From positions 977 through 64,976 of the forward strand of contig JALWOZ010000030.1 in assembly GCA_027083345.1 (NCBI GenBank): a stretch of DNA of 64,000 nucleotides. Direction: 5' to 3'. This stretch comes from Candidatus Kaiserbacteria bacterium (lineage in GTDB: Bacteria > Patescibacteriota > Minisyncoccia > Phycocordibacterales > UBA2100). Every line of letters starts with the position of its first letter. The first letter of the stretch is position 1. Made by a program: the position numbers and the translations under genes. Shown piece after piece: positions 59,026 through 64,000 of the stretch. The notes beneath the pieces were generated by a model. It was not told the DNA's origin. It saw only the letters and a program-made list of their open reading frames with translations, and did not search any database.

Positions 59026-61272
59026 ATGGAAGCATTCCCAAAGAGTATGGTACTAAAGGAGTACTCAATAGAGGTAGGTGGCAAAACGCTCACCGCACAA
59101 TTTACAAACCTTACAGACCAAGCAAATGGCTCTGTGATAATGCGTTATGGCAACACGGCCGTAATGGTCACAGCGGTGATGGGCAGAGAGAAGGAGGGTC
59201 AGAGCTGGTTCCCGCTCTCTGTGGAGTTTGAAGAGAAGTTTTACGCAGCCGGAGCAATCCTTGGTGGCAGATTCCGCAAGAAGGAGGGTATGCCTAGCGA
59301 GGAGGCAGTACTTAGTGCCCGCGTTATAGACCGTACAATCAGGCCACTATTTGACCAAAGTATGCGCCGTGACATACAAGTAATAGCAACAGTCTTAGCA
59401 ATAGACGAGGAGGATCCAGATGTGCTTGGAGTAATAGGTGCAAGCTTAGCACTAGGCACAAGCGACATACCTTGGGCGGGGCCAGTGAGTGCCGTGCGTA
59501 TAGGCTTGTCCTCCGAAGCCTTAGCGAAGGAGGGTAGGGTTAATGGTAATGACGAGTTTATAATCAACCCCAACTACTCTCAGCGCACAGCAGAGAATGA
59601 GTCCCTAGACCTACTTGCCTGCGGTAAGGATGGCAACATAAACATGGTAGAGGTAGGTGCAAAGGAGGCTACAGAGGAGACTACCGGCAAAGCACTAGAG
59701 CTAGCAGCCAGCGAGACAAACAAGTTACAAGAATGGCAAAAACAAATTATAAGTGAAATAGGTAAAGAGAAGGTGGAGATAGTAACACCTAAGCCAAGCG
59801 AGGAGCTTAAAGCCCTATTTAACACCGAGATAATGCCAAAGATGACGGAATACGTCTTTGGAGAGAAGGGTGCCTACGCACTTAAAGACGAGTGGATGAG
59901 TATAGTAAAGGAGAAGGAGGAGTTCGCAGGTGAAGTGCAGAATGCCGACGACTACTTTGAGGAGATGGTAGACGCCGTGGTACACACCGAGGCGCTTGAT
60001 AATAACAGGCGCCAAGACGGCAGAGCGATGGACGAGCTCCGCCCACTCTATGCTCAGGCCGGCGGAGTGAGCGAAATGATACACGGTACAGGCATCTTCT
60101 ACCGCGGAGGTACACATGTGTTCTCAGCTCTTACACTTGGATCACCAGACGATGCACAGCTCATAGACACCATAGAGACACAAGATGGCTCAAAACGCTA
60201 TATGCACCACTACAACTTCCCTCCATATTCTGTGGGGGAGACAGGGCGCGTTGGAGGCTTCAACCGCAGGATGATAGGGCACGGCGCCTTGGCAGAGAAG
60301 GCTCTTGTGCCGGTACTTCCAAGTAAAGAAGAATTCCCTTATACAATCCGCATAGTGAGTGAGACGATGGCCAGCAACGGCTCTAGCTCACAAGCCAGTG
60401 TATGTGGCTCAACTCTTGCACTTATGGATGCTGGAGTGCCTATTAAGAAGCCGGTGGCCGGCATCGCAATGGGTATGATGAGTATGGGTAATCCTGGAGA
60501 CTCAGATTACCGCTATAAGATACTCACAGACATACAAGGTCCTGAGGATCACTTTGGTGACATGGACTTTAAAGTAGCTGGTACTAAAGACGGCATCACT
60601 GCAATACAGATGGACGTAAAGGTTGGCGGAGTGCCGGTTGAGGTGCTTAAGGAGGGTATAGAGCAAGCTAAAAAGGCACGCTTGCAAATACTAGAGGTAA
60701 TGCACGAGGCCATAGCCGAGCCACGAGAGAGCATAAACCCGCGCGCGCCACAGATAATCTCAATGACAATTAAAGAAGACCAGATAGGCCTCGTAATAGG
60801 CAAGGGTGGCGAGACTATAAATGGCCTTAAAGACGAGACGGGAGTAGACGAGATCACTATAGAAGACGATGGCACAATCTTCATCACCGGTAAGGGTGAG
60901 AGCACAGAGCTAGCCAAGAGCAAGATAGAGGAGCTTACACACGAGTACACAGCAGGAGAGAAGTTTGAGGGTGAGGTAGTGAAGATAATGGACTTTGGAG
61001 CATTTGTACGCATTGCCTCTGGTACAGAGGGCTTGGTGCACATCTCTGAGATAGCCCCCTTCCGCATTAACAATGTGTCAGATGCGCTTGCAGAAGGAGA
61101 GAAGGTTAATGTTATAATAAAGGAGGTCAAAGAGATGGGAGGTAAGCAAAAGATAGACCTCTCTATAAAAGACGTTGACCCCGAGTTTGCAGAACGTAAA
61201 GGCCTGTCTGCCGCAAAGGCAGGTTTAAAGCCACAAAATGAAAATGATAGAGGAGATAGACAAAACAAATAA
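59026..61272 (+). CDS. pnp: Polyribonucleotide nucleotidyltransferase (PNPase)
   Basis: RVIDRTIRPLF, HHYNFPPYSVGE, SNGSSSQAS, GDMDFKVAGT, KH and S1 domains. Confidence 0.99.
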   Translation: MEAFPKSMVLKEYSIEVGGKTLTAQFTNLTDQANGSVIMRYGNTAVMVTAVMGREKEGQSWFPLSVEFEEKFYAAGAILGGRFRKKEGMPSEEAVLSARVIDRTIRPLFDQSMRRDIQVIATVLAIDEEDPDVLGVIGASLALGTSDIPWAGPVSAVRIGLSSEALAKEGRVNGNDEFIINPNYSQRTAENESLDLLACGKDGNINMVEVGAKEATEETTGKALELAASETNKLQEWQKQIISEIGKEKVEIVTPKPSEELKALFNTEIMPKMTEYVFGEKGAYALKDEWMSIVKEKEEFAGEVQNADDYFEEMVDAVVHTEALDNNRRQDGRAMDELRPLYAQAGGVSEMIHGTGIFYRGGTHVFSALTLGSPDDAQLIDTIETQDGSKRYMHHYNFPPYSVGETGRVGGFNRRMIGHGALAEKALVPVLPSKEEFPYTIRIVSETMASNGSSSQASVCGSTLALMDAGVPIKKPVAGIAMGMMSMGNPGDSDYRYKILTDIQGPEDHFGDMDFKVAGTKDGITAIQMDVKVGGVPVEVLKEGIEQAKKARLQILEVMHEAIAEPRESINPRAPQIISMTIKEDQIGLVIGKGGETINGLKDETGVDEITIEDDGTIFITGKGESTELAKSKIEELTHEYTAGEKFEGEVVKIMDFGAFVRIASGTEGLVHISEIAPFRINNVSDALAEGEKVNVIIKEVKEMGGKQKIDLSIKDVDPEFAERKGLSAAKAGLKPQNENDRGDRQNK

Positions 61273-62230
61273 AGACAAGACTACTAAAGGTAGTGAAGGC
61301 GCCCCTAAATTTAGAGACAAACTAAGCAGTAAATCTGCCATGCTACATACTTATAAGCAAGACGTAGAAAGCTTAGTGCGCAAACGTAAAATCTCTTTAG
61401 TTAGTGCTATGGCAGCACAAAGTGATAAAAGAGAAGATGGCGAAGCAACTAAAATTAAAAACAATGGAAAAACTCCCCAAAATAGCACCACATTACTATT
61501 AATTGCTAGTATATTAATGTTTGTGTTAGGCTCAATAGCAATTTTTGTAGCATATACCGCTTATCAACAACAGCAAAACTTAACAAAAAAAGATAAGTCT
61601 AAAGCATTGTTAGATAATAATCTAATATTCATAGAGCATAAAGCCAAATTTAATGTTACAGATAGACTACCTAGAGAGATATTAGCCGGACTCGCCAAAG
61701 CACTTAATAAGTCTCAAGCTACCCTAGGATCTATAACCAAAATAGAACTAGAGTGGGACGGGTGGAACGATAAGTTAAGAGCTAAAACGAAATTTATAAT
61801 AAGCCAGAAACAGCTCATACAATTACTGGGCCTTAAGCTACCGGAACAATTTACTAGACTATTGGGTAAACAAGATAAATATATGGTGGGTATGCATATG
61901 GCAGACCGCAACTCCCCATTTATTATCTTGACAGTACAATCTTATGAATACGCATTTGCCAGTATGTTAGAATGGGAAAAGGTTGCCGAGAGAGAGCTGG
62001 ACCCATTCTTCTACACTCCTGGTAGTTTATCAACTAAGCGCACATTTAGTGACTTAGTTGTACAAAACATTGATACTAGAGTTTCAAGGGATGAGCAAAA
62101 CAACATAAAGTTACTTTATTCATTCTTAGACAAGCATACACTCCTAATAACAAACAATATCCACACCTTAACTGAGATATCTCGTAGATACAAAGCCAGA
62201 CAAGGTTCAAAATCTGCCCTTGACTACTAA
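61238..62230 (+). CDS. Hypothetical single-pass membrane protein
   Basis: One TM near aa 85-107; AFASMLEWE, FSDLVVQNIDTR. Confidence 0.75.
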   Translation: MKMIEEIDKTNKDKTTKGSEGAPKFRDKLSSKSAMLHTYKQDVESLVRKRKISLVSAMAAQSDKREDGEATKIKNNGKTPQNSTTLLLIASILMFVLGSIAIFVAYTAYQQQQNLTKKDKSKALLDNNLIFIEHKAKFNVTDRLPREILAGLAKALNKSQATLGSITKIELEWDGWNDKLRAKTKFIISQKQLIQLLGLKLPEQFTRLLGKQDKYMVGMHMADRNSPFIILTVQSYEYAFASMLEWEKVAERELDPFFYTPGSLSTKRTFSDLVVQNIDTRVSRDEQNNIKLLYSFLDKHTLLITNNIHTLTEISRRYKARQGSKSALDY

Positions 62231-62276
62231 ACCACTTGTGCTAGCGACATATACATATTATGATACAATTATTAAT

Positions 62277-62621
62277 ATGGAAGAAAACAAAACAAAACTC
62301 CTGCAAGAAGAGGCCCGCCTAGAGTTAGAGCTGACAGATTTAGGATACCTAAACCCTGCCAACCCTGCAGACTGGACAGCTAAAGCCGACGCTAACAATA
62401 TGAATACTGCAGATCTTAATAATCTTGCAGATGCCGATGAAGAGCAGAATATAAATAGAGCTGTGGTTAACGAGCTAGAAGTTAGATTACAAAATGTAAG
62501 AAATGCTTTAAAACGCATAGAAAACGGCACTTACGGCAAGTGCACCAACTGCAACAAAGAAATCAGCACAGAAAGACTAGCAGCTAACCCAGCTGCAAAT
62601 ACTTGCCTAGACTGCGCCTAA
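62277..62621 (+). CDS. TraR/DksA C4-type zinc-finger protein
   Basis: Coiled coil, ALKRIENGTYGKCTNC...RLAANP...CLDC. Confidence 0.9.
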   Translation: MEENKTKLLQEEARLELELTDLGYLNPANPADWTAKADANNMNTADLNNLADADEEQNINRAVVNELEVRLQNVRNALKRIENGTYGKCTNCNKEISTERLAANPAANTCLDCA

Positions 62622-62693
62622 CATTTACATAACCCAAACTTTTAAAAAGCTATTAGATGTAATATCTACGTGTGTGTTACAATAGTAATTATT

Positions 62694-64000
62694 ATGGCAA
62701 CAAGCTTTGCAAGAGTATATAGCGCACAAACCAACTTATTAGATGCATACATCATCAATGTGGAGGTAGATCTCTCTAAAGGTCTCCACTCTTTTAACGT
62801 TGTTGGCCTTGCAGACAAGGCCGTAGACGAGGCGCGCAGTAGGGTAAGCGCCGCTATTAAGAACACTGGTTACAAACCGCCGAAAGCACACAATAAAAAG
62901 ATAGTCATCTCTCTAGCCCCGGCAAGCCTGCGCAAGGAAGGGCCACACTTTGACCTGCCTATAGCGCTTGGCTACCTGCTTGCCGCGCAAGAGATAGAGT
63001 TTGAGCCACAGGGGCGCATCTTCCTTGGTGAGCTTGCACTCGACGGCGCAATAAGGCCCATACAAGGCACTCTTGCACTCACACTTGCCGCCAAGGACGC
63101 TGGCTTTAAGGAAGTCTTCGTACCTATTGAGAATGCAGAGGAGGCAGCCTTGGTGGACGGCATCACTGTATATGGCGCCAGCACACTCCGTGAGGTTATA
63201 GACCACATCAACACTCAAGACTCGCCTATAGAGCCTCACTACATAGCTCCACAAAAGCCAACTAAAATCAATGGTGCCAAGCAAATAAACACCCAAACAT
63301 CTTTTGAAGACATTGTGGAGCAAGAGTCTGCCAAGCGTGGCCTTGTTATAGCAGCAGCGGGAGGGCACAATATAGCTCTCTTTGGCCCACCGGGCACAGG
63401 TAAGACGATGCTCGCCAAAGCTTTTGCAGGCATATTGCCCAGCCTCTCATTTGATGAGGCGCTTGAGGTTACAAGCATACACTCTATAGCCGGTTCTCTC
63501 ACTGAGACGCTTATTACCAATCCGCCGATACGCGCACCACACCACACTGCCAGCTATGTATCGCTCGTAGGCGGAGGCACATATCCAAAACCGGGAGAGG
63601 TTACGCTGGCACATAAAGGAGTGCTCTTTATGGATGAGTTCCCCGAGTTTGATAAGAAGGTTATAAACGCTTTGCGCCAACCACTTGAAGATGGAGTGGT
63701 GACTATAAGCAGGGCAAAGGGCTCTGCTGAGTTTCCATCACAATTCATACTTATCGCTGCACTCAACCCTTGCCCATGTGGCTACTTGGGGAGCAATAAG
63801 TGTCGTTGCACAATGACTGAGATAAGCAGATACAAACAGAAGATCAGTGGCCCGATAATGGATAGGATAGATATGTGGATAGAGGTAGGGCAAGTAGCGC
63901 ATGAGAAGCTGAATAAAGCCAATGCAGATAATGATCATAAGCAGACTAAAGAGGCAATACATAGTGTGCAAAAAGCTCGCAAAGAGCAAAATAAAAGAGG
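62694..64000 (+). CDS. comM: ComM/YifB Mg-chelatase-like AAA+ ATPase (3' end beyond window)
   Basis: MATSFARVYS..VEVDLSKGL..VVGLADKAVDEARSRV; GPPGTGKT; RAPHH; PGEVTLAHKGVLFMDE; NPCPCG. Confidence 0.93.
   Translation, partial: MATSFARVYSAQTNLLDAYIINVEVDLSKGLHSFNVVGLADKAVDEARSRVSAAIKNTGYKPPKAHNKKIVISLAPASLRKEGPHFDLPIALGYLLAAQEIEFEPQGRIFLGELALDGAIRPIQGTLALTLAAKDAGFKEVFVPIENAEEAALVDGITVYGASTLREVIDHINTQDSPIEPHYIAPQKPTKINGAKQINTQTSFEDIVEQESAKRGLVIAAAGGHNIALFGPPGTGKTMLAKAFAGILPSLSFDEALEVTSIHSIAGSLTETLITNPPIRAPHHTASYVSLVGGGTYPKPGEVTLAHKGVLFMDEFPEFDKKVINALRQPLEDGVVTISRAKGSAEFPSQFILIAALNPCPCGYLGSNKCRCTMTEISRYKQKISGPIMDRIDMWIEVGQVAHEKLNKANADNDHKQTKEAIHSVQKARKEQNKR

Overview
64 kb of a small, AT-rich bacterial chromosome. 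Gene content and style point to Patescibacteria/CPR, Parcubacteria-like (inference): short AlaRS, trigger factor without an FKBP domain, PilB/PilC, ComM, many secreted ORFans, genetic code 11. Most genes are housekeeping: nth, dnaX, dus, tsf-rpsB, alaS, map, pyrH, adk, gmk, lnt, rpsL-rpsG-fusA, nusA, tig-clpP, rny, HU, truB, CCA enzyme, xth, Xer recombinase, rpsO, pnp, comM. The window also holds six tRNAs and a 23S-5S rRNA unit with no linked 16S; the 23S carries an ORF-less group I intron at L2593 and a second insertion. The most unusual signals are non-coding. (1) A GC-rich ORFan cassette between rpsO/NYN and pnp has its own promoter, a structured leader, boxA-like motifs and a downstream type III hammerhead ribozyme. 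(2) Several families of dispersed palindromic or hairpin elements sit between genes, in-frame inside Dus, PNPase and the CCA enzyme, and inside the 23S rRNA and the hammerhead. (3) Three tRNA genes have degenerate tandem copies. (4) There is a 6S-like RNA candidate before rny, an unknown structured RNA before dnaX, and a DnaA-box cluster. All calls come from manual motif reading; no database searches were run.
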